From an uncultured delta proteobacterium (lineage in GTDB: Bacteria; Desulfobacterota; Syntrophobacteria; Syntrophobacterales; Syntrophobacteraceae), in contig CAWEHK010000053.1 in assembly GCA_963808625.1 (NCBI GenBank), positions 1 to 60,626 of the forward strand: a stretch of DNA of 60,626 bases, in the 5' to 3' direction. Made by a program: the position numbers and the translations under genes. Below, in pieces: positions 22,637 to 40,797 of the stretch; position 1 is the first letter of the stretch, and each line of letters begins with the position of its first letter. The notes beneath the pieces are model-generated. The model searched no databases. It was not told the origin of the DNA and was given only the letters and a program-made list of their open reading frames with translations.

Positions 22637-23366
22637 ATGGATGAGGACCTGATCTCCAGTCTGACCCGTCAGATTAGAGAAGACATAATTGAAAATTACC
22701 TGACGGAGCGCCGTCTTATCGGGCTGCAGATCGAAGAGATCGAGAAGCTGGCGGAGGAGACGATCGGGCGGGCTCATCGAACCGGCAAGCGCCTGAACCG
22801 GTTGACTCATTTGATGATCCATCCGGAGATGGTGAGCCAGCTCTTTGCATTACTCAAGGTCCCTCAGCCCTCCTTCTGGAATGATTACTCGCACGAAAGA
22901 ATTTTCCCGAGGAGTCCGCTTCATTCGGGTCAGGGCGCTCACGGATAAGAGGCAAATTCAGAAAACTTGTGAGCGAGGCCTACCATCGTCTTGTATCAAC
23001 GGATGGAAAGGTACCGGGAGGCCTATGAAGAGCTGAGTAAACTGTGCCGGGCAGTCAACAGCAACATCAAGCATTTTCAAAAAATTTCGACCTGCTGAGC
23101 ATCCTGGGCTTCCTCAAGAGCCTGGACATCGGCGACCTCGAGAGGAAACATTTCCTTGGGGAGAATTTTACCGCCGAAGAGTTGGCTTCCGTGGATCAAA
23201 AGCTTTACATCGGAGCGATCAAGTTCGAAGAACTTCGCGTCCCCGCCCCGCTGACTTTGCCGAAACCCGAAGCGCGGAGTTTGCCATGACCGAACTGGCA
23301 AACGAGGTGTATCGAAAATATCAAAAAAGCGTGCAACGTTTGCTGCACGAGCCATCGGGACCCTGA
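22637..23366 (+). CDS. Hypothetical helical protein (frameshifted)
   Basis: Consecutive ORF pieces 22628-22948, 22845-23036 and 23044-23289 read as one protein-like sequence ending 2 bp before the next ATG. Confidence 0.6.
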
Positions 23367-23368
23367 GC

Positions 23369-24098
23369 ATGATAACTTTTTCGGGCGTGAACAAGTGGTT
23401 TGGAAAGCACCACGTCCTGAAAGATATCAATTTAGACATCGGCGCCGGCGAGGTCGTGGTAGTATGCGGTCCCAGCGGTTCCGGCAAAAGCACCTTGATC
23501 CGCTGCATCAACCGTCTGGAAGGCATCCAGCAGGGTGAACTGATCGTAGACACCATGAAGGTTCATGAAAAGAAGACCAACATGACCCAGCTCCGGGCCG
23601 AAATCGGCTTTGTCTTTCAACAGTTCAATCTCTATCCCCACATGACGGCGCTTGAGAATATCGTCATTGCGCCGATCAAAGTGCGCAAGGTGAAAAGAGA
23701 AGAGGCGGAACGACTCGGCCTTGAGATCCTCAGGCGGGTCGGCCTGGAAGACAAGGCCGGGCGCGTATCCGGCCCAGCTCTCCGGGGGGCAGCAGCAGCG
23801 GGTTGCAATCGCCAGAGGCTTGTGCATGCGCCCCAAGATCATGCTCTTTGACGAACCCACCTCGGCGCTTGACCCGGAAATGATCAATGAGGTCCTGGAT
23901 GTGATGCGGGTCCTGGCCCGGGAAGGGATGACCATGATCGTGGTCACTCACGAAATGGGGTTTGCCAGGGAGGTGGCAAACCGGGTGGTATTCATGGATG
24001 AAGGTGAAATCATCGAAGTGGCTCCGCCCGGTGAGTTTTTCACCAACCCCAAAACGGATCGCGCCAGGCTCTTTTTGAGCAAGATCCTTTCTCACTGA
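23369..24098 (+). CDS. Polar amino acid ABC transporter ATP-binding protein (GlnQ-like; one frameshift)
   Basis: [33 protein letters not shown] and VVTHEMGFA motifs. Confidence 0.93.
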
Positions 24099-24215
24099 GT
24101 GCTGAGTGCTGAGCGATGAGTGATGAGCGCTGAGTGCTGGGTGCTGGGTGCTGGGTGCTGGGTGACGATTAACGGGTAATGAGAGCTGAGTGATGATTAA
24201 CAATTAACACTTAAC
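24096..24215. repeat. Degenerate heptamer tandem array (TGAGTGC/TGGGTGC)n
   Basis: More than 10 consecutive 7-bp units starting at the ABC ATPase stop codon. Confidence 0.85.
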
Positions 24216-24279
24216 GATCTATGCAGTGCCGAGGCAAACGATCCGGGCCGACATCCTGCATCGGTTTGAGGTGCTTATC

Positions 24280-24764
24280 ATGGTTCTCGTCAGGACTCTG
24301 TTACCGATTCTGCTGCTCATGGGTTCGCTGGTTTTATCCAATCTTTCCGCTGCCGGTTCTGACAAACTCCCATCCTCCCACGACCGGCTTGCCCCCTGCC
24401 CCGGTTCTCCGAACTGCGTTTCGAGTCAAGCCAAGGGAGGTTATCACGCGATCCCGCCCATTGCCTGCTCGGGGTCTCAGGAGGGGTTATCGAGACCCTC
24501 AAAGCCATCATCCAGAGCATGAAGCGCAGCCGCATCATCACGGTATCGCCGGACTACCTTCAGGCGGAGTTTTGGACCTTTCTCGGGTTCGTTGATGATG
24601 TGGAATTTGCCCTTGATCAGGAACAACACCTCATTCACATGCGCTCCGCGTCTCGCCTTGGGTATTGGGATCTGGGGGTTAACCGGAGGAGGCTTGAAGC
24701 GATCAGGACGGAGTTTTGCCGGTCTTACCCGGAGAAGCGGTCTGAAGCGGCCCCCTCTCCATAA
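24280..24764 (+). CDS. DUF1499 domain protein (frameshifted)
   Basis: Signal peptide, LAPCPGSPNCVSS, FVDDVEF and RSASRLGYWDLGVNRRR motifs. Confidence 0.88.
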
Positions 24765-24792
24765 AGCATTCGGCTAAAGAAGGGAGGAGGCC

Positions 24793-25423
24793 ATGTCCTT
24801 CAGCCTTTTCCCCAAATCGCCTAAGTTTTTCGAACTGTTCCGCGAACAGAACCGCATCATTGTGGATGCGGCGACGGTACTCCATCAGGTCGCCGAAGAA
24901 TTCGCAAATTGCGAGGATCAGTGCCAGGTGATCAACCGACTGGAGGCCGAGGGAGACGTCATCAACCGGACCATCGCCCGCGAGCTGTCAACGACCTTCA
25001 TCACGCCCATTGACCGCGAGGACATTCACGAGATCAACTCGTCCCAGGAAACCATCCTGAATCACATTCAGGCGGTTTCAAACCGCATCGGAGTCTACGG
25101 GCTCTCCCGCATGCGGTTCCCGGCCGAACGCATGATTGCCAACATCAAAGGGATGGTCACGGGGATCGGGGTGATGCTTGGCATGCTGGGTAGCGGACAG
25201 GAAGTTGCTGCAGACGGTCGCACAGGTTAAACAGCTCAAGAAGGAATGTGAAATGCTGTTGCTGAGCGGCTTGGGCGAACTTTACGACAAGCCGTCGCCG
25301 GAACCCGTGGATGTCGTGGATATCATCAAATGGACCCAGGTCTACGACCGCATCGACAAGGCCTTTAATCGGGCGTGGCAACTGGCCAAGGCCATCGAAG
25401 GGATCGCCCTCAAGAATGCTTGA
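24793..25423 (+). CDS. DUF47/PhoU-like phosphate transport regulator (frameshifted)
   Basis: LEAEGDVI and LSTTFITPIDREDI motifs; overlaps the start of a pit gene. Confidence 0.88.
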
Positions 25424-25514
25424 GATTTCTTCACTGTTGGCGGTGATCATTGTCGTAGCTCTGGTCTTCGACTTCACCAACGGTGCGCACGACGCGGCCA
25501 ATGCCATTGCTACA
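25416..25514 (+). pseudogene. pit: Inorganic phosphate transporter (PiT) N-terminal fragment, truncated
   Basis: MLEISSLLAVIIVVALVFDFTNGAHDAANAIAT carries the PiT signature GxxDxAN, then similarity stops abruptly. No remainder seen in the window. Confidence 0.88.
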
Positions 25515-25615
25515 CCATACCCGCGGCGGTCGCGGTCGCAGCGGTCTGCTTCGAGAGGTTGCGGCTTGTAGGAGCGTGAGATATCAAGATTCTTCTTCCG
25601 GTTCGTTTTTTTTCA

Positions 25616-25656
25616 TTGACACAAAAAAACAGCTTTGCTTAGTTTAATTCACTAAG
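25616..25656 (+). promoter_or_regulatory. Candidate sigma70 promoter with overlapping palindromic operator
   Basis: TTGACA at 25616-25621 and TAGTTT at 25640-25645; inverted repeat CTTAGT-N7-ACTAAG at 25638-25656. Confidence 0.4.
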
Positions 25657-26215
25657 TGGAATCAAATGCATCCTCAAAATTCCGCTGGGTTTGTCAGCGT
25701 CGTTGTCTCGTATCGGTGAGTTAATGGGGACCAATTCGTTTTTCTTCTTATGAGTTAAATCTGGAAGCATATCGTGGTCTTAGCGTAGGGCCCTTTGGCT
25801 CAAATCTTCCAGGCTTTCGAATATCCGCAACGGGCGCATGTTGAGTCTCTGCCGAGACACCGTTCGCCGTCTCCACGTGATTCAACGCTTGCGTCTTCCT
25901 GAAAATGGAAGGACTTCAATGGGCCCTGCTCCGAGCGTGCGGCAGACCAGGATCATCATGAAATCATCAGCGGCCCCGTCCATCCCTTGCTTTTTCGCGG
26001 CTTGGAGTCCGCTCCAACCCGAGCTACCCCCTCAGTCGGGTGATTGTTCTCATGTTCTTGACCGCAAACGATGGCAACAGTCGGTAAGTTAATGGCAGGG
26101 GCGACGCATGAAAATGCGCGGGCGGCGGTGGCGGCGATCGAGCCGATTACGCCGGAGGAGATGACAAACCAAGCTGCACCCTGCAGCGCCACACGGTGAA
26201 CCCAAGGAGAACACC

Positions 26216-27508
26216 ATGGCCACAAAAGCGATTACCAAGAGAAACTGGACCATCATGGTCTATCTCGCCGGCGACAACAATCTGGACAGCGCCGGGGTTG
26301 TCGATCTGAAAGAGATGAAGACGGTCGGCACCACTGACCAGATCGCCGTCCTCGCCCAGTTCGACCGGGCCGGGGCGAAAGCGGCGACCGTCCGCTACTG
26401 TCTGCAAGAAGGGGACAACGGTCGCCAAGGACGCGGTGCAGACGCTCGGGGAAACCAACATGGGGGACCCGAAGGTGCTGGAGGATTTTGTCACCTGGGG
26501 GGTCACGAACTATCCGGCCGACCATTACCTGCTGGTGCTCTGGAACCATGGCGCCGGCTGGGATGACGCCAACCTCTACCAGGGCGACGTCTTCAGCGGC
26601 GCCGCGCCGCCGGTCTCCCGCAAGAGCCAGCCGGTCGTCACCCGGGGGGCAGTCGCCGGAGCCAAGACCCATCGCCTTTGCCCAGGCCCGGGCCGGCATC
26701 AGCCCGCACCCGCCGGGCCCTCTTCAGCACCACGGTGGAAGCCGCCGTCAAGCAGCGGGGGATCGCCTTCGACGACCAGGCCCAGGACTTCCTCGACAAC
26801 ATCGAGCTGAAAAAGGTGATGACCAGGATCAAGAAGAAGCTCACGCGGAAGATCGACATCCTCGGGATGGACGCCTGCCTCATGAGCATGGTGGAGGTGG
26901 CCTACCAGATGCGCGACGTGGCCGAGTACAGCGTCGGCTCCGAAGAGACCGAGCCGGGCGAGGGCTGGCCCTACGACCGCATCCTCAAGGCCCTGGCCGC
27001 CAAGCCGGCCATGACCCCGGAGGAGCTCTCGAAAACCATCGTCACCCAGTATCTCGCCTCCTACAAGGCCGGCGACAACGTCACCCAGTCAGCCGTGAAG
27101 CTCGCGGGGCTCAAGCCCCTGGCCGCTGCCGTGGACGGCCTGGCCAAGGCCCTCAAGAACATCCTGGCCGACACCGCCTCCCGCACCGCCCTGATCAACG
27201 CCCGGGCCCAGGTCCAGGAGTACAGCCGCCCCTACGACGACTACTGCGACCTCCTCGACCTCTGCGACCTCCTGGAGACGAAGCTCACCGACCCGGCAGT
27301 ACGCACCGCCTGCGCCGCAGTCAAGCAGGCTGCCGCCGCTGCCATCGTCGCCAGCGGGTACAAGGGGCCGGCCGTCGACAACTCCCGGGGCATCTCCATC
27401 TACTTCCCCAAACGCAAGCTCTCGCCCCTCTACAAGACGCTCGACTTCACCAAGCAGAGCTCCTGGGACGAGTTCCTGGCGGCGTATCTGGCGGGGCTGG
27501 GACGCTGA
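26216..27508 (+). CDS. Clostripain-family (C11, clan CD) cysteine peptidase lacking a signal peptide (frameshifted)
   Basis: [28 protein letters not shown] (His), GMDACLM (Cys), [12 protein letters not shown] and GISIYFP motifs; AGGAG RBS. Confidence 0.9.
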
Positions 27509-27541
27509 AAGAGCGCGGAAACATCACGGTACAGGGGTACC

Positions 27542-27877
27542 ATGGGAAGTTACGATGTCTTCATCAACTACCGACACACGGACTCAGCGACATGGGCAAA
27601 TCCCTTCTATCTACGGAAATTGCCCTACGCTTCGGCTCCCAAGAGCCCGCCAGCGTGGTCCGGCTCGACGCCCGATCAGGAACAACTGCCGAGGAGTTCA
27701 TTCGCGTTATCGCGGACCGGTTGGGTCCAGCCCAAGTTCCTGAATCTTGACGCTTTATTCGGTAACACTGGTCAAGCCGAGGTCGCTAAGGACAACCGCG
27801 ACGCCCTGACCGATGGCATAGCGGTGTGTTTTGACATGGCCGGTTGGCAAGTGCTCATCCTCGAGGAATTGGGGTGA
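27542..27877 (+). pseudogene. Relic of a TIR + P-loop NTPase gene
   Basis: MGSYDVFINYRHTDS is a TIR beta-A start; the adjacent frame gives Walker A-like GKSLLSTEIALRF. Far too short to hold both domains. Confidence 0.5.
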
Positions 27878-27991
27878 TGGAGGAAAAGGCGCGGGCGACG
27901 TTAGTGGAGATCGAGGGGACCAGGCCGCGGCGGGCGATAGGACCTGAATTCAAGACAGGGGTATTTGCAAACTTTTCGTATGAGGTGATTT

Positions 27992-28944
27992 ATGGCTGAA
28001 CCACCCTATGGGGTCATCTGGAACCGCATGAGAGCAGGGAAAGTCGTGCCCGTTTCTGGGAGCGGGAGCATCCATGGCGGGCCGTCCCTCCGACACACGC
28101 ATGGGAACCCTGACAGACCTGGCTTCCTGCCCAGCGGACGGGAACTTTCAAACTTTCTCGCGGCATGAAACCATGTTTCCCTCCGAATATCCGGGAGACC
28201 GGGATGACTTGGCCAAGGTGTCTTCTTACTATGCTGATATTTCAGGACGCCGCACCCTTCGCGAGCGCCTGCGGGAAGTGCTCAACCACCCGTACCAGCC
28301 CGGAGAGCTCGCACACCTTCCTGGCCTGAGTGCCGGCCCACCAGGTCATCGTGGCAACCAATTACGACACCCTGCTGGAGCAGGCTTTCCGCAAGGCAGG
28401 AAAACCTTATGACCTGGTGATCTATCCCGCCGACCGCAAAGACATCGCCAATGCCGTGCTCTGGTGGCCCCATGGCAAAACGGAACCGATCATCAAAGCC
28501 CCGAACGACCTGGATCGGTATCTGGATCTCTCGAAAACAACGGTCATCTACAAGATGCACGGCACCCTGGAGCGTGATACCGACAGAATGGGACAATTTC
28601 GTGATCACGGAGGAGGACTATGTTGAATTCCTTTCCCGAATGACGGCGAACACGGCGCATCCCTGCCATCTTTTACGATCATTTCCGTGAACGGAGCTTT
28701 CTCTTTCTCGGCTACAGCCTCAGTGACTGGAACCTGAGGGTCGATCCTGAAAAACCTGAGCAAATGCTTTTCGTCCAAGCGGAGCCGGCGATCAGGATGA
28801 CGGAACTCTCCCTTCGTGGGCGATACAATTCCAGCCATCGGAACTTGCTCGCAAGCTTGTGGGAAAAACGGAATGTCAGCATTTTCGATCTGCACCCTGG
28901 ATACATTTACCGCTGAAAATGACACAGCAACGGGGAGAGTAGCA
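27992..28944 (+). CDS. SIR2-like (SIR2_2) protein (multiple frameshifts)
   Basis: GAGGTG RBS; KVVP-FLGAGAS, IVATNYDTLLE, IYKMHGT, FVITEEDY and FLFLGYSLSDWNLR motifs. Confidence 0.85.
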
Positions 28945-30868
28945 TGCCACTGCATGAGTTCGTTCTGCCCGTATGTCGGGCTTCAGCCATACACGGAAGA
29001 AGAACGTGATTTTTTTTTCGGCCGTGAACGGGACCAGCGGGTAATCGCCTCAAATCTCTATGCCGTCATCCATGACGATCCTCTATGGAGCCAGCGGCGT
29101 CGGCAAGAGCTCGGTGCTGATGGCCGGTGTCGTGCCAATGCTCCGCACAAAGCCTAGGACCGCGGTGGTCGTGTTCCGGGATTGGCAACGACCCGATTTC
29201 CTGACATCCCTCAAGAGTGAGTGCATGAAGAGCGTTGACGCTGATAACGAAAAAACCCGTGAAAATGTCCGTGGACAGTCCCTTGGACGAACTCTCTATT
29301 CAGCGTTGGAGAGGAATTCGGCGGCACAATTCTCCTCCTGCTCGACCAGTTCGAGGAGTACTTTCTCTATCACCCGGAATCGGAACGCCAACAACCGCTT
29401 TGACGGCGAATTGGCCAGTGCGGTGAATCGCGACGATGTTGATGCTGGTTTTCTCTTGGCATTACGGGAGGAGGGATTGGCAAGGCTTGACCGTTTCCGG
29501 GCGCGCATACCGAACCTGATGGGAAATCTGTTGCGCTTGCGGCATCTCGACGCCGACGCTGCAGAGGATGCCATACGCAAACCGCTGATGGCTTATAATG
29601 ATCGTCTGGAAGAGGCAAGGCAATGGCGGTGACCATCGAGGATGAACCTGGTCAGTACGATCATTGACCAGGTGCGGTCGGGATATGTGTCACTCGCCTC
29701 GTCAACGGGAACGGGAGCCGGCCACCGCAGGAACTGCCGAGGACGATAGCAGGATAGAGACCCCTTTTCTACAACTGGTCCTTACCCGGCTGTGGGAAGA
29801 GGAACTTAGCAGCCAATTCGCGCGATCTCTCCGATTGACATACGCTGCAGAACCTGGGAGGCGCCCAGGAAATCGTGCGGACGCATCTGGATGATCGGTG
29901 ATGGCAAAACTGGAACGACGTCGAGCAGACGCGTGTGCGCCGGATTTTTCGACCGTCTGGTGACCCCTTGCGGTACGAAGTTCGCCTGCTGCCTCGATGA
30001 TTTGATCAAATGGGCCGGGGACCTGGCGGACGAGGTACTGCACGGCGGTAAAGGACCTCTCGGAAAACTCGCATTCTCCGCACTATTAAAGCCTCCTGCA
30101 AGCCAGCCCAACGCATACGCCAAGTTACGAGATTTTTCACGATGTTCTTGCCCCTGCGGTCTTGGACTGGCGACGGAGGTTTGTCGAGCAGCAGACTCTG
30201 GAAGAGATCAGAGAGAGAGGAACAGACAAAAGCATGACCAGGAGCGGGCACAAAGGGAGCAAGAGGCAGGAGTTGCAAAAATCGGCGGAAAAGTCGAAGC
30301 GGATGGGTATTATCGCAATAGCATCGCTGTCCTGTGCATGATCATGCTTGCCGGTCTAACGTTATACGCACGGCAGCAACGTACAGACGCAATAACTTTT
30401 ACGAGAAACGGGCCGTCGAATCACAGGAAATGGCTCAACAGCGGCTGCACAGAATCAAAGAAACAGTAATAAACTAATAATAGCAGCACTTTCTGATGAT
30501 CCATTTAAAAATCTTGATAAGCTGGCCGCATCAACTCCCGATGTATTCAACAAGGACATCAAATTCAAAGTCACGTCCAAGAGTCTTGGCAGAAACGATG
30601 CCAGCGATCGCCCTCTATCCATTTTAAACTGTTTCCGAGAATGCATCCATCCCCGGTGGCATCAAGGCAATCGCATTCCATAACCTATCGCATAGCGCAT
30701 CCCACTTTCAGGGTTCAGCTGATAGCGACTGGACCGAATGACAATTTCACCTACTCCTACGAAGGTTGGGGTACTGTTGATGTAATAGCAATAATTGAAT
30801 ACGCTGACTCGGAAGAAGCTCCGACAATTGCAATAATCGATATGGATAAGCTGCAGGTTCCGGAATGA
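28944..30868 (+). CDS. nSTAND1-type NTPase + coiled coil + TM + C-terminal pYEATS-like domain (multiple frameshifts)
   Basis: CPYVGLQPY..FFGRE, ILYGASGVGKSSVLMAG, LLDQFEEYF, LALREE, PFLQLVLTRLW; TM IAVLCMIMLAGLTLYA; tail TYRIAHPTF..FTYSYEGWGTV. Confidence 0.75.
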
Positions 30869-31056
30869 TCTGATCAGAGGCGGGCTGTGAAGGCGGGATT
30901 GAGAACTTGAGCAGGCCGGATGCTGTTCCCAAGAGAATTCACCGGCTTCCAGAGAATACGGGAGAACAAGAGAGCCCGGCCCGAATCGGCGGCACGTCGA
31001 ATCGCCGTGTTGGGTCACCTCCCCGCATGAACGCGCTTCAAGGAGAAAAAGCTACC

Positions 31057-32738
31057 ATGACCACGATCGACAGCACCACCCGCGCGCTCACCGACATGGC
31101 TTCCATTTCATCCTGATTTCTCTCAGGCTTCCCTGGGCCTTCTGCTCTCTCTTTCCTGCTGCTGCGGCTCTATCGCCGGGCGGTGTTGCGGGGGATGGCC
31201 CGGCGGGGCTCCGCACCGAGTCAGTCTCGGTGTGACAGCCCACCCTGCCCAGCCGGCGGCGGCGCCTGCCCCGCTCGCGATCTCCTACGCCACGCCTGCC
31301 AATCAGCAGCAGGCGGAGGTGGAAACAGACCTGTACCGTGGGGCCCGTTCCGGCCCCTGGCGAGCCGCACTCATCTATGGGACCGGCGGGTCCCTCTTCG
31401 CTGCAACAATGGCCTCCGCCTTCCTCCTGTCCTAGTGGTAATGAGCTACTACCAATGCGGTTTCTCATGCTCTTTTGGGTCCATGCCTGGCCGCTGATCC
31501 TGACCCTGTTTCTGGTGGCTGCAACGACGATGCGGACAAGGCTCCTCCTGGCAGTGGCCTACGGGATCGGCTACGCGGCCCTGGGGTTGGTCGCTTCCTG
31601 CGCAGCCCCGATTTGTCGGTCAGCCAGGTGATCGTTCTCTGGTTCATCACCAACATGCCCGCGACCCTTCTTTTTCTGGTCTTCCTGCTGCGCCGGGTCC
31701 GGGCAGTAGGGCCCCTGGTGGTGACCTTCCTGGTCTTTGCCATCACTGGTTCTAACCTCATGCTGACCCTGATCAACTATAACCCGACGCGTGCTCGCTC
31801 GGTGGCTGACCTCTTCTTCTCCCTTGGGTTTGGAGGGACCGGCACCTTCGTGGCGTGGATCGTGGTCGGTTTTGCCCTCTTTGCCGTTCTTGGCTGGTTC
31901 GTTCTCCTGTGGCTGCGCCGGGGCTACCAGGCGAAGCGCGTCAACGATCAAAGCCTGGTGCTCGATGCCCTCTGGCTCCTGTTCGGCATCACCTACGCCA
32001 TCGGCCTGGCTTTCGAGGGGCCGGTCTGGATCACTGCCGGTCTGGTGGCCTTCGCCGGCTACCTGGCAGCGGTGCGGCTCGGCTTCCGGTTCCTCACTCC
32101 CGCCGAAAGACGCGGAAAGCAACCGTCGCCTCCTGGTCCTTCGGGTCTTTTCCCTGGGCAAGCGGAGCGAGGCCCTGTTCAACGCGGTCAGCCGGCACTG
32201 GCGGTACGTGGGCAACGTGCAGTTCATCGGCGGCCCCGACCTGGCGGCGGCCACGGTGGAGCCCCACGAGTTTCTCGATTTCGTCAGCGGCCGGCTGGAG
32301 CGCCAGTTCGTCGACAGCCCAGATGCCCTGGCCCTGCGGTTGGCCACACTGGACACCCGCCCCGATTTCGACGGACGCTACCGAGTCAACGACTTCTTCT
32401 GCCACGACGACACCTGGCGGGCAACCCTGGCATCGCTCGTGCGGCATTCCGACGCCGTTTTAATGGACCTGCGGGGATTTTCGCCGGCGCGGCAGGGGTG
32501 TGTCTACGAGGTGCGGGAACTCGTCGAAACCGTTCCCCTCGACCGGCTGGTGATGACCGTCGATGCAACGACCGACACCCCCTTCTTGGAACGGACTCTT
32601 CTTGAAGCGTGGGCCGCTATGGGCACCGACTCTCCTAACCGGCAGGGCGACCATGAGCTCCGCCTCGTACGCCTGGAGCGCGTCGACCTCTGGGGGATAG
32701 CCCATCTCTTGCGGATGCTGTGCCGGGCAGCCACCTGA
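31057..32738 (+). CDS. Multi-pass membrane protein with C-terminal TIR/NDT-like alpha/beta domain (frameshifted)
   Basis: AGGAG RBS; about 9 hydrophobic helices; soluble tail LLVLRVF..TWRATLASLVRHSDAVLMDLRGF..GCVYEV. Confidence 0.7.
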
Positions 32739-32794
32739 AGCTCAGTCACGGAGAAAAATGTATAAGAAGGAGACCTTGACCTAAGGAGCACAAC

Positions 32795-39300
<6,506 letters not shown>

Positions 39301-39439
39301 GCCGGCGGCCCCAGTCGACGCCATACTGTTGGCGCTCTTTCGCAAGCGGGGTTGATGGCTGTGGCGGCTACGGAGTTGTGGGCATTGCCGATTGACCGGC
39401 GAGTTAATGATGGACCTCGAGCGTACAGGAGGAGAGACG

Positions 39440-40706
39440 ATGACGGGATGGAAGGTTTTGGTAGGGAGGTTTTTGGTGCTGATCTGGTGCATGTTCTTTG
39501 GGTTCTACGGAGGAATCGACATCTCGGACGCGGCTGCGGACGACGGAGCTTTTCCCACCGGTGCGGACACCGGAGGACCGGACTTGGTGATCAATTCCGT
39601 TACGGGACCGGCAAGCGCTTACCTGGGGCAGTCGGTGCAGGTGAAATGGACGGTGAAGAATCGGGGTGACATCGATGCCTCGACATTCAAGGTCGGCCTA
39701 TATCTTTCCACGGACAACAAGATTGAGCCGGCCAAGGACAGGCTGTTGAAGAAAGTGGACCCTGGCGGGCCTTGACGCCGGGGTGAGCAGGACGATAACG
39801 ACCACGGTTACCATTCCTCTCAATATCGAAGCGGGCGGGTACACTCTGGGAGCCATGGCGGATGTGGATAAAGCCATTGCCGAGACCAATGAGAGCAACA
39901 ACACCAAGGCTTCCAATAACATGATCAACATTGCGAGGTACGCCGCCACCCAGTATACGGTAACCGACAAAAAAACCAGACTGGTCTGGCAGAAAAGCGA
40001 TGACGACAGCAAGCGAAGCTGGAGCGACGCCGTCAGCTACTGCGATCAACTGGTGCTGGGGGGCAAGAGTGACTGGCGACTGCCCCGCATTGACGAGCTC
40101 CGGACTCTGATCGACTACACGCGATTCCTTCCGGCGATTGATCCATCCTTCCAGGGGCATACGAATGCTGACTATTGGACGATTACCGAACTGACCACGC
40201 CCATCCCCATGGGTTATAAATGGATCGTGGATTTTCAGTCCGGCAGTGACGGTTGGCTGGCAGAAACCTCTGCAAACTACGTTCGCTGTGTCCGCAACGG
40301 ACCCTTCTGGCCGCTTGATCCTTCCGAAAACCTGGTGATGCTGGACGAAGACCGGGTCAAGGACAATCGCACCAAGCTGACCTGGCAGAGGGCCGACGAC
40401 GGGACCGGCAGGACCTGGCAGGAATCGGTTCAGTACTGCAATGACCTGGAACTCGGAGGGGCGAAAGACTGGCGTCTGCCTGCCATCACCGAACTGGAAA
40501 GCATCATTGATTACACCGAATACCAACCGGCGTTCGATCCGCTGGTGTTCGAAGGCAGTGCTTCGACCTACTGGTCAGCCACCAGCTCCGGTGTTGATGG
40601 CGCCCACAATGCCTGGGCAGTCGATTATTTTTATGGTCAGATTCCCGGTTTTTACCCGAAAACGGGTAAGTTCAAAGTCCGTTGCGTCCGTGGAGCAATA
40701 TGGTGA
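39440..40706 (+). CDS. Secreted CARDB + 2x DUF1566 (Lcl C-terminal-like) protein (one frameshift)
   Basis: AGGAGG RBS, signal peptide, PDLVI..IAETNESNN (CARDB), and two DWRLP..EL / VRCVR repeats. Confidence 0.85.
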
Positions 40707-40797
40707 TCGAGTCAAAAGAGAGGCTGTAAACAAGCTAAAGACCATGCCGGGATGACTCCCTTTTAGCGGACACTCCCGCCTTTCTCCGTAAAGAGCC

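Noticed and set aside
39385..39410. attC-like half sites in the conflict locus (TGACCGGCGAGTTAATG; also about 27895 and 30960-31016)
   Set aside because: No matching R''/L'' boxes or complementary stems could be identified.
39783..40706. DUF1566 protein as a diversity-generating retroelement target
   Set aside because: No template repeat, RT or avd gene is seen in the window; the only retroelement is an RT-less group II intron.
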